Position numbers and translations under genes: made by a program | From: Lytechinus pictus | Taxonomy: Eukaryota | Length of the DNA: 64,000 bases | Assembly: GCF_037042905.1 (NCBI RefSeq) | Contig: NC_087254.1 | Span: 25,172,001-25,236,000 of the forward strand | Direction of reading: 5' to 3' | Part shown: positions 1-13,771 of the stretch, in pieces | How the letters are laid out: each line of letters begins with the position of its first letter | How positions within the stretch are numbered: position 1 is the first letter of the stretch | Notes under the pieces: model-generated | The model's input: only the letters and a program-made list of their open reading frames with translations | Database searches by the model: none | What the model was told of the DNA's origin: nothing

Positions 1-607
1 TTGCATACAAAGCAAGTTCAACAGCTTTATTACTTGCACATGAAATATCATAAAGCTGTACATAAGAACTGATTCCTCTTTACAATGTATATTTTCCTTT
101 TTATAAAATGTTGATATTATGAATTTGTGGGCCTAACTACTGTGAGTGGAAGATATTTATGACTGAATTGTTTCTGTGCAATCTTTTCTGCACATGATAT
201 GCATAGAATGAGTTACTAGGCAGATTTTAAATAAAATTTAAAAATTTCAGAGTCTTTATCTTTCCATCTATGAATCAAATGTAAGTAAGTAAATACGTTT
301 TTTTTCTTTGTCCTTATTTAAAGGCATGACGTCATACTTTTCTGCCTTGCAATCCCTGCAACGGCTGTGTAGCCAAGGAAGCATTGCACAGACATTCCTG
401 TGCGGGTGAAATTAGCTACAATCTAAGTTCTTCAGCTTTGTTATTTTCGATAGCTATCTCACACAACCCACCTCCCCCTGCACATGCTTTGCATGCGCCA
501 ACAACCCTGAAAGTGAACTGGGCAAAAATGTTGGACACACACACAGCCAACAAGAATGACATCATCACCAAACATATAAGTAGAGAGAATATGAAATATT
601 CACATAC

Positions 608-3600
608 CTCTTGACAAACTTCTGAAGTTGTTCTTTGGTTGGTGTTGGTCTGGCTTCCTGATGGCATGAAATGAATGATTCTACAGTGGACACTTCTTCT
701 GACCAATCCGCTACACTCACTGATGCAAGTCTGAAGGACAGGACAAACAAGACAAGAGGATAATCAGATATAGGGGAAGCGCTGGGCATTTTATTAAAGG
801 GGCATAACGTCCCACAGCTAAATATAGGTGATTCTGATTTATTTCTTTCAGTAGAAAAATTGATTTCATCTGGTCAAACAGCTAGCTAAATCATATTTTC
901 CCCATACTTTTTCTTTGTTTCTTTTCTTTTCTTCCTTTCCATCCTTTTATTTTTTGGCTGTTTAAAAAAAATACATTTTACTTGTTTTCAAAGTCTGCAA
1001 TATTTAAATGCAAGCAAGACTGCCAGAGGTATTCCACTTTTAGGGAGATTTGTTTGGCCCTGTAAACATATATAAATACTTCCAATCGATTGTAACTCTC
1101 TGTTCACGTTTTGCCAAAGAATAAGAGCTCTACTAAGTTGATTTAAGATTGTTACAAGGCCCTTTTATATCATCATCAATGCTTTTCTGAATAGTGGATT
1201 GAAAAGGAAAAAGGTAAAAACAAACAAGAGGACGATGAAAGCCAAAGAGAAGTATAAAAGAGCAAAAGTCCTACTCCCATGCCCTCCCCATATCTATAAA
1301 GTTTGTTCATAGATCATTTTTGATACCTTTCTGATAGGTCTGATCCTGTACCACTCAGCTGATCACTGCTCTTTGATCCATTGCTTTCCCTCCCTCTGGA
1401 GACTGATGATGTATCAATAAGATTGGTGTCTTCCTCTTCAAATGAAACAACATTATGAAGAAATTCGTGATAGCTTTAATGTGATCGTATGTAGCTGAAG
1501 GTAATTGCCATCATACACATAAAAATATGCTACTTTGGGAAGTCATCTGTAGTTATTAAAGGACAAGTCCACCCCAACAAAAACTTGATTTGAATAAAAA
1601 GAGAAAAATTCAACAAGCATAACACTGAAAATTTAATCAAAATCGGATGTAAAATAAGAAAGTTATGGCATTTTAAAGTTTCGCTTCATTTCACAAAACA
1701 GGTATATGCACATCTCGGTCGGTATGCAAATGAGGAACTGATGACATCACTCACTCACTATTTCTTTTGTATTTTATTATATGAAATATTTTTATTTTCT
1801 CGTCATTGTCGTGTGAAATGAAGTTTCATTCCTCCCTGAACACGTGGAATTCCAACATTTTGTGCTTCAGGCAAGGAGGTCCTAATCGTCAAATTCGTAA
1901 AAATTGAAATATTGTATAATTCAAACAATAAAAAAAACAAAAGAAATAGTGAGTGAGTGACATCATCGACTCTCTCACTAGTTCGTTCATATAACTATTT
2001 TGTTAAAAATAAGCGAAACTTTGAAATGTCATAATTTTCTTATTTTACATCCGATTTTGATGAAATTTTCAGCATTGTGCTTGTCTGATTTTTCTCTATT
2101 GATTCAAATCAACATTTTTCTGAGGTGGACTTGACCTTTAAAAAACTTTGCCACTTCATAGTAAGCCATTTTGAAATCATCTGAGCCTAAATCTTGCATG
2201 ATAGTAAATACTAAAGACATTCAATTATGCAATCATTACCCATCCATTCCATGAATTTAGAAAACCTACAGATAATTGTCCTATTGTACCTGGAAATTAC
2301 TAGTAATCCGTTTATTAATATGAATTATTGATATCCTTAAAGGCCCTGTCACATCGTTCTGTGAAAGCCTTGCGGCTGAGTTGCGAGCAATCACCCGCAA
2401 ATCACTGGTGAAATGTTTTGAGCATGTTAAAAAATGTTTTATGTACAATTCAAACTTGTGTGCGTACCTGCCGGCTTTATTACATGGAATACCAGAAATA
2501 TCCCTCTCATTAGGGCTAATATTCCTAATAATATATTTGCCCAAACTCTTTGAATATTTCTGGTGTTCTATTCTAAGTCATCCAATACAATAAATATACT
2601 TACATAGAACTCAATACACACTATTTCCATACCTTTTGATATCGAAGACATAGATAATCTTTCAGCATCTATTCTCTGATGTCGCAACCGTCTTGGTGAT
2701 GATGAGGATGTCTTTGAATTCCTGGAGATTGCTTCTCTAGTCTCATCTTCTGCTTCATACATTGTGACTGGAGAGTAGTCAGTTGTTACAGAACGATGAG
2801 GGGACCACTCAGCAGACCGGCTGCTCACCAAGCCTAGAAGATGGACAGAAAAGATGGAAGATTTTTATTCATTTTCTAAACATCGGCTGGATAGCCCTTG
2901 GAAGAACAACGAAGTTGGCTTTCATCCCATGCTACTGGAAGCAGTCAGTTGGTGCATAATGCTGAGAAAACCATTCCCAGCAACTCATCAAGCATGTAGG
3001 GGGCAAGAATTTGACATGTTGATTCCTTGCTAAAATCATGACCTTTCCTGAAATACATGTATCCATTTTCTCCAGGTTTTTGGATAAAACCTGCTCCAGC
3101 CGGAGTTCTTGTATGGAGGGCTGATCAGCATTTCAGAGACATCCCCAAACCCCTTGGAGATTGCATAAATTATCGCTCCAACATAAATTTTCCTCATGAA
3201 AAATCTGCATGTTATGCCTATCATAAATAAAACCCAAATTTTATCAATGGAGGCAATCAATATCAATTTGTTTTGGAACTCAAACCCCTACCATAAGCCA
3301 AAATTGAAATTATGGTGGGGGTAATAAGAACCAGAGAAATTATTGCCAAAATTATTATTAACAATCTAAATGCAACAAGTGGAATGCCTCTGGCCGTCTC
3401 ACCTGCATCACGCGATTCAATATAGCAGCAGTGCTGATTTTGAAAACTACTATAACTCGCACAAGATGTTCAGTGATACTTGGTTACTCTTATTTCCACG
3501 TTTTATGAACTAGACCCATACACTTATAGAGATATGATGGTAATTCAACAAATACCCCCAACGTGGCCAAAGTTCATTGACCTTACATGACCTTTGACCT

Positions 3601-6600
3601 TGATCATGTGACCTGAAACTCGCACAGGATGTTCAGTGATACTTGATTACTCTTATGTCCAAGTTTCAAGAGAAAGATCCATCAACTTTCTAAGTTATGA
3701 TGGTAATTCAACAGATACCCCCATTATGGCCAAAGTTCATTGACCTTTGACCTTGGTCATGTGACCTAAAATGCGCAAAGGATGTTCAGTGATACTTCAT
3801 TACTCTTATGTCCAAGTTTTATGAACTAGACCAACACACTTTCAAAGTTATGGCGGTAATTCAACAAATACCCCAATTTGACCAAAGTTCATTGACCCTA
3901 AATGACCTTTGACCTTGATCATGTGACCTGAAACTTGCACAGGATGTTCAGTAATACTTGATTACTATTATGTCCGAGTTTCATGAATCAGATCCATAAA
4001 CTTTTAAAGTTATGATGGTAAATCTACAGATACCCCCAATTCGGCCAAAGTTCATTGACCCTAAATGACCATTGACCTTGGTCATGTGACGTGAAACTCA
4101 TGCAGGATGTTCAGTGATACTTGATTAACCTTATGTATAAGTTTCATGAACTAGGTCCATATATTTTCTAAGTTATGATGACATTTCAAAAACTTAACCT
4201 TAGGTTAAGATTTTGATGTTGATTCCCCCAACATGGTCTAAGTTCATTGACCCTAAATGACCATTGACCATGGTCATGTGACATGAAACTCAGGCAGGAT
4301 GTTCAGTAATACTTGATTAACCTTATGGCCAAGTTTCATGAACTAGGTCCATATACTTTCTAAGTTATGCTGTCATTTCAAAAACTTAACCTCAGGTTAA
4401 GATTTGGTGTTGACGCCGCCGCCGCCGCCGCCGTCGCCGTCGCCGTCGGAAAAGCGGCGCCTATAGTCTCACTCTGCTATGCAGGTGAGACAAAAATGTG
4501 CAACTATTAATAATAAATTTAGAAATTTGAAGGTCAATTCATAATTTTTAAAGATACTGCATTGCACTACTAGAGGAGAGGAAAGAACACATAACATGGC
4601 GAAATAGTGACAGGGGCCATTATAACTCTCCAAAATCAGAACTCAACAGCGTAATCTAAACAAATTGCTGATTTTCTCTGCTAAAACTTAAGCATAAATT
4701 CAGACAGGAAATTCTCCAATTATGTGTTTCTTTGATCAGTTAATAGAAGAAATTAGTGCTGACTGAAAATAATTTTAGTATACTTAAGGAGGTTCCAATC
4801 TTACCCATCATTAAAAAAAATCCATATTTTATTATTCCAGATAGAAATCATAAAAAAATTCATTTTGCAAAATTGATCGTGGGCGCTGAAGCAACTGAGC
4901 AGCACCAGATCGACATAGCTCTATCCCTAAAATCAATGAACGCCAAACAGGGTATAGCAGCAACTCCCATATTAACTTTTTGGGTCTGACGCGGCCGGGG
5001 CTTGAGCTCCCAACCTCCCAGTTGTCAGACGGACGCTCTACCATCTGAGCCAACACACCGGTTAAAGTGGTTAAAACATTCTTTGTGGCTTGGGGAAGGG
5101 AGTATATCTCTTCAAACATTGAATCACTTTGAGTAATATAACATACAACATAAAGAAAAAAATATACTCACCATGCCTGACTGGGCTTTGAGGATTGTTG
5201 ATGGAGGTCGGGTCGTAACCATGGAGAGGCTTGTAACCTGTATCAGCCTGGTTAAAGGTCATTACACTTTTGTTCTCACCACTCAGCTTACTGGCTATCT
5301 GTTGAAAGCCACCCTTCACTGTCTCTCCAAGGGATTCTATTGTAACTGGTTCTGTACAGGATCAAGCAGAAATTCTCTTATTTTTTCCAAACAATATGAA
5401 TAAAGGCACAAATATATAATTCGTCACAATGACTGGGAAGTCTCAAAGCAAAAATATACTACCTTTAAAGGAATCCATATTTGCATAAAAGAAATTCTTC
5501 TTTTCCCCCTCTTAATAAACATATTCTTACTAAACCTAATGAAAAACTAGCTGATTTTCATGCATAAATCTAGAAAATTTAACTCATTGATTACAATATC
5601 ATGCACATGTGCACAATAAGAGAATCACAAATTGATATGGAAAACAGTGTAAAAGTATATAGTTGATTTGAACATCCATGAGCTCACAGTTTTATCAAGT
5701 CCACTGTTCACATGTGATTTCGTCACAATGATTGAGAAAAGTCTCAAAGCAAAAATATACTACCTATAAAGGAATCCATATTTGCATAAAAGAAATTCTT
5801 TTTTTCCCCTCTTAATGAACATATTCTTACTAAACCTAATGAAAAACTAGCTGATTGTCATGCATATATCTAGAAAAGTTAACTCATTGATTACAATATC
5901 ATGCAGATCTGCACACTAAGAGAATCACAATTTAATATGGAAAACAGTGTAAAAGTATATAGTTGATTTGAACACCAATGAGCTCAGTTTCATCAAGTCC
6001 ACTGTTCACATAATGAAATTCATATTAGACTCCCACCGTAGCAACAAGCCTCAATAATATTAATAATAATAATTTTATATACTGCAAATAGCAAATTGCC
6101 TTCTGATCAATCAAATATCAATATTGTGATCTCTGCTAAATCCATTCATTCACTATTATACCCATTTTCAATATATATATGGGGAATTAAGAACCAATCA
6201 ATGCATGAACCACAGTTCACACCAGATTCTATACCACCTTTTCAGTGGAGGTACCGTGACCGAGTGGTCTACGGCGCCTGATTATACATGGAAAATCCGG
6301 GGTTCCAACCCTGGCCGCGGCACCTATGCCCCTGAGTAAGGCATTTAATTGACAATGCTCTTTTATCCTGCATTCAAATAAATGAAAATCCTATTCTAAT
6401 CCAGGCGGATGTTGCTAAGCTTCATCACATGATTTCTTATTAAATTTTTATTATCAAATGGTACTACAAAGCCTCTTACTCTGTGACACAGCTGAAGTGT
6501 TTCCAAATCCTTCCATCTTCTTGGTGTTGCCGCCCTCTCTTGACTGCTTAATGTCGTGTGTCATGTGACCTTGTTTCCAAGACTGATTGGTCGATGGTCT

Positions 6601-9600
6601 GGTGTGTGTGACCTCTGTGTCAAATAACTTCTCGCTCAAAGCCTGTATCCGAGAATATTTTAAAAGTATTAGTATGATTCCAACCACTAAATGTTATGTA
6701 TACTACTAGTGCATTAAAACTCTCACAACTGAATATTAAGATATATCCTGTTCCTCAGATATTTAATGAAAAAGTTGTAACACAATAACAACGTTTTGGA
6801 TTATCTGGTTAAAGTTTCTGACCTTATGATTCAAAGATCTATTTAATTTTAATAAACATTAATATGAAATTTGCATAACCTATGATGAGTACTATGAAGT
6901 AGTTGACAGGCCCTCATAACATCAAGGTTTGTGACTAATGCGAATGTGAAACAGCAATAATGGATCCTCATTAGTCTTTCTTAATGAATAAGGGGGCAGC
7001 TATGGGGTTGATAAGCTATATCCTACTGGTAATTGTTTTTTAAATGTGTTCTGGGTCTCGGTCTCATACATATACTTAGAAATGAAATTAATGCATTTCA
7101 GCAAATAATTCTTTATTGTCCTATAAAATTTGAATAAGATCCTTTATGCAAAATTATGTTGATAAGGTTACCCAGTTAAACACATTGCAGTTGTTGTGAC
7201 CTTGTCTATACAAAAATTATATCTAGCACGCAATTTGCTTAAAGTCAGCGACAATGAGACCATAATATAGTCAACTGCTGTTTACAGTAAAACACCACAG
7301 AGGTGCCAAATAAGACTGAAATTGTATCATTTTTTGGTCATAGCTTGCATGGCAACACAAACAAAATTAAGGTTAATAAAATAAATATCATAATAATAAT
7401 AGCAATAATGCACAGTTTCTATAGCACATACAAATGTTTCAAAGCCCTGCATACTACTACCCAACACTTGTTCAAGTGAAGGGAAATTGTTCTTTACTAT
7501 TGTAGCCCATTGAAATGGATCATTGCTCTTTCACCAATACATACTGACCTTAGCTGCTTTTCTCACAGCAACATATGGAGCCATTCCATGGAGGGGATCG
7601 GGAGGGCCACTACACTCTGATAAAGAGAGAAAGGAAGGCAGGTTGGGAACAGAAATTGGAAATTAGATTGATGCTTTTTTAACTGTGGAAAGGTATTAAA
7701 GCAGAGATCCTCCTTTTCCTTCTTCTTTTTCCTCTTCTAATCCTTCTTCTTCTTCTTCTTCATGTTCTTTGCTTTCTCATCCTTCATTCTTTCTCATTTT
7801 CCTTCGTCTTCTTTGTCTTTTTTTCTCTTTTGTTCCTGATTGAAGATTTCTGTTTAGGTGCAATTTGTTTTTTTTTAACAGAGAAAGATAACAAAATCTT
7901 CTGAAATGAAAGAGTTTAATCAAGTTTGCTGATTTCAAGAGACCAAAGTGCAAACTATTCAACTAGCATTTTGAATATTCTTGGGCCAACAAAACCTCCA
8001 TCTCAAAAAAGTTAAATGTTCAGGAGAACAAAGAAAACTGTACTGCCATAACATATATCCAATGGGATAGTCTTCTCTATGATGGCATGGCTAACTAGCT
8101 TCCGGGGCTTACATGAATCCGAGGCCATTCAAAGACCAAAGCCATGGATGGCCCATTGACCGGCATTGATGACCACCTCATTGGCCTTTGAGATTTGTTA
8201 TGCACTTTTTTTATTTATCTAACTTTTTGTCATTTGTGCCAGAAAATAAGCAAGTGCTAGAATTATTGAATCTAAGTGTAAGACTTGAAATTTAAGGCCT
8301 GGGCTTTATATCTTTCAGTCAGAATAATGGGATTCTCCTGATATACTATCTAGTCATTGAAATAATTAAATTATATGAAATAAATGAAGCAATATTTTCA
8401 CAAATATTTGAGATACATGGTCTTATCACCCCATTAATATTATCTTGAAATCTAAAGAGATTTTATTCACCATGAGAGTAAAAGCCAAAATATCTATTCA
8501 ATACATATACTTAAGTTATTTTTTAATCAATGAAATATATAGCTCAATTCCTCATAAAATAATGAAGCATTTTTATGTTTACAAGCAAACTATCCCATCT
8601 TATCACCCTTCTCATACACACTTGCCTTTTATGTAGAGGAGTAAAAAAGACTACCTTGACTGCTTGTTTATTATTTGTCAATATGCTGTATTTTTTACAA
8701 TGTACTAGTAATGTGTAATACAGGTTTATCTTATTTTCAATTTTTTTTCTCTCAATTATTATTTGTGATTTTTTAATCAGAAAATCATGAAAATCCATTT
8801 TTTTTTTAATTGATGTAAGCAGCTTGAACCTCATACTTACTTGCAGATGATTGAATTCCTTGAGCCTTACGTCTCAGACCTTCACAGAAAGATGGATGGC
8901 CTTTCTCAACCAAATGAAGCAATAACTTCAGAACCTAACAAATATAATAAAATAAAGTACTTGTTTTAGCTACTTGATGTAGTAATCCCTTTGGCAGTAC
9001 TTACAGAAAGCTATACTAGGATGAAGTGATCCACTGGAAGAAGTGTCATGCAGTGTAGAAACGGTGATGGGTAAACATAGCAATTTGTATACACAGTAAC
9101 ATTCTATGCTCGACGCGAGTAAAAAAAATTATCTATTGAATTTGAGAACAATAACACGATCACCCTTTCCAGTGCTGATTCTAATATTTCAAATTAAATT
9201 CTGAATACAATCTACAGAATTTAACAACTATTTAAATTACATTTTGAATAACCTATGTATCCGCAAACAAGAATAAACATTAAGCTGGCTCAATAATGCA
9301 ATAAACTTTCGATCTCCTCCAAATTGTTTTCTACATACATGTATACGTTATGAAATATTTATTGTAAACAAACTTGATATACAAATCAATAAACATGTTA
9401 TCATGATTCATAGTTGGAGTAAAGGATAAAGGGTGCAGTTGCCCCCTCTCCCCAACCCAAAGAACAAAAGGATATTACTTCTTTCTCTGTTGTGCTCTCT
9501 CATATCCTCCTCCTCTGTCACTCTCCTACCATCCCTCTCACTTTCTATTTGAAATCTATCATTCTCTGCCTCCTTCTCCCTCTTCCTCCCCCCCCTCCTC

Positions 9601-12600
9601 TCCCCCTCTCCCCAACTCTCTCTTTCTCCCTCTCTGAACTGCAACAGTTTCGACATCTCCATACCTTGTATTTGATATGACATGATTTCTTCTCCAGTCT
9701 TTCCACCATGAAGTCAACCAAACATTGACAACTGCTTCCAGATTCATATGTTATATCTACAAAAAAACAATAAGAATAAACAATTCATTAAGAATAACAT
9801 CAATTTACTCTTTTTATGGGTATAATTTTCATGTCTGGTGATCAGTCATAGCAGCTTCTCTTGCTCTAGAGTATTAAATATACATGTTACATAATGTAAG
9901 TATCTACATAGCTTAGAATATGTTGGGTAGGTAGGCTAGTGGTTAGAGCATTGGAATCATAATCGGAAGGTTGTGTGTTCGAATCCTCACTCTACCATTG
10001 TCTATACTTTGATAAAAAGACATGAGAGTAAATCATGCCATCTATAAGGTCAGCCACTATGCCTAATTATCTTAGACTTAGAAGCAGAAGACAAACATAT
10101 ATATAATACACAAGCATTTTCTTGTTTTTCTATGTATGAATAAACATTTCTATGGTTATTTATGTGTTTTTATGGTTAAACACTCCTGCAAGCCCTGCAA
10201 ATCTTTTTAACTTAGTTTAGAACAATATATTGCTATAATTACGTCTTTATCAGACATATTCAAAGAAGAATAGCATGAAATTGTTAACATCATTATTTGT
10301 TTACTTGACCAAAAATACAAACCCTTATTACCAACAGATAATCATATTAAATGTGGGGAGAGAATAATGGTTTTATCATCCATCCTTGCNNNNNNNNNNN
10401 NNNNNNNNNNNNNNNNNNNNNNNNNNNNNNNNNNNNNNNNNNNNNNNNNNNNNNNNNNNNNNNNNNNNNNNNNNNNNNNNNNNNNNNNNNNNNNNNNNNN
10501 NNNNNNNNNNNNNNNNNNNNNNNNNNNNNCATATGCTAACTTTAAAATCCTGTCCAGATTCAAATATTATTTAATATGGGTTAACTAGCTACCTGTTGGA
10601 ACCGAGTGATGCATGCAATAAATAAAAAGCAAGATGAAGTCCTTATTTAAGAGGTTCATACATGGACCCTGGGATCAACCGCATAGCCAGGATTTAATTT
10701 TGGAGGGGCAGTAAGTGCACGCAAAGCGTGCCAACACTTACAGAGCGCGCAAAGCGCGCTCCCTAGGGAGGAAGATGCATGGAGGGCGCGAAGTTTTTGA
10801 TATCTCATCAAATTCAAATCAAAAGAAGGCGTCTCTTGCGTCTTTAGTACCCTTATCAACTCAAAAATTGACTTGCTGTGATTAAAAAGAAATTATGAGC
10901 TACCCCAAAAATGGGAAAAGATTATAGAATTTGAAACAATTCCTCTTTCCGCGCAAAGCGCGGAAGCTTAAAATGTTTTATAAAAATAGAGAACAGAAAT
11001 TATACAATTATGCCTATCTTAGTCACATTAGATTTGAGTGTAAAAAGTTTATCTACATTAAATTTCGTTAACTCAAGTCGCAAAACAGAATAGAAATGGG
11101 TATATACAGAAGATAATAGGTCCTATTCCTTCCCGCGAATCGCGTTGAAGCTTTGATTTTTAGAAATTTATCTGAAACTTTAACCTGTTCTAATTTTGAT
11201 ATTTCTTAGATTATATATAGCTCAATTAAGAAGAAAAACAAGCCCAAAATAAGAAAGGGATGATGCAAGCTAGAAGAGGGACTTTTCCTTTCCCATGCTC
11301 GAACACAAGAGCCAAAATTTTGTATCAATGCAATATAAAAAAAATACTTCTCATACTTTTTACACCCATGTATACTTTATAATTTCTGGCGAGAATATAC
11401 GATTCCCACGGCCGGGAAGGGGAAAAACGGAGTAGAAAAAAGGTGTGAGGGAAACAAAAGGGAATGGCAATTTTGATATTTTTCCCGCGCAAAGCACGGA
11501 AGAAAATTTATAGCATGAAGAAAGAAGAACGTCTCGTTTAGGTTGTTTTTCTTTTGACCAAAAAAAGAAGGAAAAAACAACAAAAGCTATACCTTTCTTC
11601 CCTCTTCTCCTTTTGCTTTTTCTTTTTCTCCTTTTCCTCTTCTTTTTTTTTCTTTTTGGGAGCGTTGGGGGGGGGGGCGACCGCCCCCTTGGCTAAGCAC
11701 CTGCCTGGGATTACACAACTAATGGATTACTTAAAGGACAAGTCCACCCCAACAAAAACTTGATTTGAATAAAAAGAGAAAAATTCAACAAGCATAACAC
11801 TGAAAATTTCATCAAAATTGGATGTAAAATAAGAAAGTTATGGCATTTTAAAGTTTCGCTTCATTTCACAAAACAGTTATATGCACATCTCGGTCGGTAT
11901 GCAAATGAGGAACTGATGACATCACTCACTCACTATTTCTTTTGTAATTTATTATATGAAGTATGAAATATTTTTATTTTCTCGTCATTGTCATGTGAAA
12001 TGAAGTTTCATTCCTCCCTGAACACGTGGAATTCCATTATTTTATCATTCTGTGCTTCAGGCAAGGAGGTCCTAATCATCAAATTCCTAAAAATTGAAAT
12101 ATTGTATAATTCAAACAATAAAAAAACAAAAGAAATAGTGAGTGAGTGACATCATCGAATCTCTCATTTGGATGTAACTGGCTCGTTCATATAACTATTT
12201 TGTGAAAAATAAGCGAAACTTTGAAAAATCATAACTTTCTTATTTTACATCCGATTTTGAAGAAATTTTCAGCATTGTGCTTGTCTGATTTTTCTCTATT
12301 GATTCAAATCGACATTTTTCTGAGGTGGACTTGACCTTTAAGAATTTATCAAACTTACCAGCTATTTCTTTAAAGAGATAGCCAGGGGTTGGAACATCAT
12401 CATCCTGAGTTGCCTTCAAAAGCAATGGCCACTGTTAAACAAGAAGAAAGATTCCTAGTGATGAATTTGCAGGCATTCACATTGCTGCATTCTTACATTT
12501 TCAGGGCAGTAGAAAATATTATAAGTGCCTGATCTTTAAATTTATAATCTGTGAACATTCAACTAAAATTACACCTACAAGTGCTGACCTGTTATGAAAG

Positions 12601-13771
12601 TTACTGAACTTTCCTTTCACTAAACCAAAAGAATAGAGGAAAGAGGGTTGATAATATGGAAAGGGGAGATTAATGTGATCATGTGAATACATTATAGAAT
12701 AAGTCATAATAAGGTTGAAAATGAAGAATTGAAAATACAATAATATTGCATATTCCTGCTCTAGCTTCTTTTTTCTGCTCCCCGTTCTTCTTTTAAAGGG
12801 AAAGTTAACCCTGAATAAAAGTTTGTTGTAAAAAATAGCAGTAAATATCATGAAAAAATAAAAAATTTGATTTCAAGCTGCCCAAATATTATGTAAGATA
12901 TAAAATGCACAAATTTCAATTTTTATTGGTTTATGATGACTTGTTTTTGTTTTCTAGTTTTACTTTAGGAACCAGTAGGAAATGACTCGTCTATTGATAT
13001 ACTGAAGAAAAGTAGAAACCATTTTCAATTTTCTGAGAAAATGACATTTTATTGATTTTTTACCATACCATATGTAGGAAAGCTGCTTGTATATTATAAC
13101 CTCGTTCGTAGGATGAGTGCTTGTATAGACATCCAGTCTAGTAAAAATAACTTTATTCTCGATTTTTTTTTTCAAATCTTAGGAAATATTTTCTTTTAAT
13201 TTTTCTTCTATTTTTACAATAAACTTTTCATCAGGGTGAACTTCCCCTTTGATCCTCCATCCATCTTCCTTTCCTTCTTTCTCTTAATTCCTCGATTTTC
13301 TTTTTCTTTCCTTGCTTCCTTCCTTTCCAACTCCAAGTTTCTTTCTTTCTGTCTTCATCTTAGCTTACCTTCCTTCCTTTCTCTCTTTTTTCTTAACCTC
13401 CTTCATCATCTTTTCATTGTTATTATTACTATTGATAATTACATTTCTTCTTATTTTTTTTTCTTGGTTTAACAGGTATCTAATTAAGTCTAAAGCGCCG
13501 AGCGCATTGTCAGTGTCTATGTCTAGATCTTCAGCGAGGCTACACAATAAGTTAAGCATGGGACTAAGTCACTGCCACTGACAATGACTGGTGCGGTAGT
13601 CAGTCAGCTCTGAAGACCAAAATACATGAGTTCGTATCATTGCATTTATGATTTCACGTCAGCCATGGTACAAAATAAGGCGTCAAATAATACATATAGG
13701 AATCTTACCTTGTTGACGAAAGTTACCTTCCCAATAACGCCAGAGAAAAACTCGTTTGGCCCTGCCATCAT
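608..13771 (-). CDS. TEPSIN: AP-4 complex accessory subunit tepsin (ENTH domain plus start of C-terminal VHS/ENTH-like domain); 3'-partial. Exons: 13709-13771, 12359-12431, 9665-9756, 8841-8934, 7549-7616, 6480-6642, 5172-5351, 2633-2833, 1327-1435, 608-730
   Basis: Spliced translation MMAGPNEFFSGVIGKVTFVNK|WPLLLKATQDDDVPTPGYLFKEIA|DITYESGSSCQCLVDFMVERLEKKSCHIKYK|VLKLLLHLVEKGHPSFCEGLRRKAQGIQSSA|KCSGPPDPLHGMAPYVAVRKAAK|ALSEKLF...MEGFGN... matches the recalled tepsin ENTH domain (LLKGTSDDDVPCPGYLFEEIA, GPPDPLHG). All introns are GT-AG with compatible phases. The low-complexity linker exons (1327-1435, 2633-2833) are less certain. Confidence 0.92.
1556..2141. mobile_element. Non-autonomous TTAA DNA transposon (Kolobok/T2-MITE-like), family A copy 1
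   Basis: TTAA-AGGACAAGTCCACC...GGTGGACTTGACCT-TTAA, long imperfect inverted arms; near-identical copies at 11731 and 21069. Confidence 0.85.
3374..4496 (+). mobile_element. Helentron-associated non-autonomous element (HINE/DINE-1-like) with an internal ~160-bp tandem array
   Basis: Subterminal IR GTCTCACCTGCAT (3396-3408) / ATGCAGGTGAGAC (4479-4491), 3' hairpin 4466-4491, (GCC)n microsatellite near 4414-4447, six repeat units marked by GATGTTCAGT at 3465, 3628, 3781, 3943, 4106 and 4298. Confidence 0.7.
4876..5062 (-). mobile_element. tRNA-derived SINE
   Basis: Minus strand TGGCTCAGATGGTAGAGCG (A box) ... GAGCTCAAGCCC (degenerate B box), followed by a non-tRNA body. Confidence 0.7.
5420..6010. 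repeat. Direct tandem duplication of ~299 bp in a TEPSIN intron
   Basis: TTCGTCACAATGA...CCACTGTTCACA occurs at ~5420-5712 and ~5719-6010 with scattered substitutions. Confidence 0.9.
6247..6400 (+). mobile_element. tRNA-derived SINE (degenerate)
   Basis: TGACCGAGTGG (A box) ... GGTTCCAACCC (B box), then the typical SINE body ATGCCCCTGAGTAAGGCATTT. Confidence 0.6.
9925..10075 (+). mobile_element. tRNA-derived SINE (degenerate)
   Basis: GGCTAGTGGTTAGAGC (A box) ... GTTCGAATCC (B box); no clean cloverleaf. Confidence 0.55.
10390..10529. other. Assembly gap (N run)
   Basis: Run of N. Confidence 1.
10676..11703. mobile_element. hAT-like non-autonomous element with 8-bp TSD
   Basis: TSD CCTGGGAT at 10668-10675 and 11704-11711; imperfect TIR CAACCGCATAGCCAGG / CTTGGCTAAGCACCTG. 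Confidence 0.75.
11731..12341. mobile_element. Kolobok/T2-MITE-like family A copy 2
   Basis: TTAA TSDs; near-identical to 1556-2141; ends about 17 bp from the TEPSIN exon 2 boundary. Confidence 0.85.
12793..13252. mobile_element. TTAA-AGG non-autonomous DNA transposon (related family)
   Basis: TTAAAGGGAAAGTTAACCCTGA ... TCAGGGTGAACTTCCCCTTTGA inverted termini. Confidence 0.7.

Noticed and set aside
2281-2544. Minus-strand ORF in a TEPSIN intron as an additional exon
   Set aside because: The available splice sites give phases incompatible with the flanking exons, which already join in frame; no recognisable similarity
3465-4400. CRISPR-like regularly spaced repeats
   Set aside because: Whole units are homologous (no unique spacers), the context is eukaryotic and there are no cas genes; it is a satellite inside a transposon
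4987-5062. tRNA genes here and at ~6250, ~9930 and ~48312
   Set aside because: A/B boxes are present but there are no intact acceptor/anticodon stems or oligo-T terminators, and each continues into a SINE body
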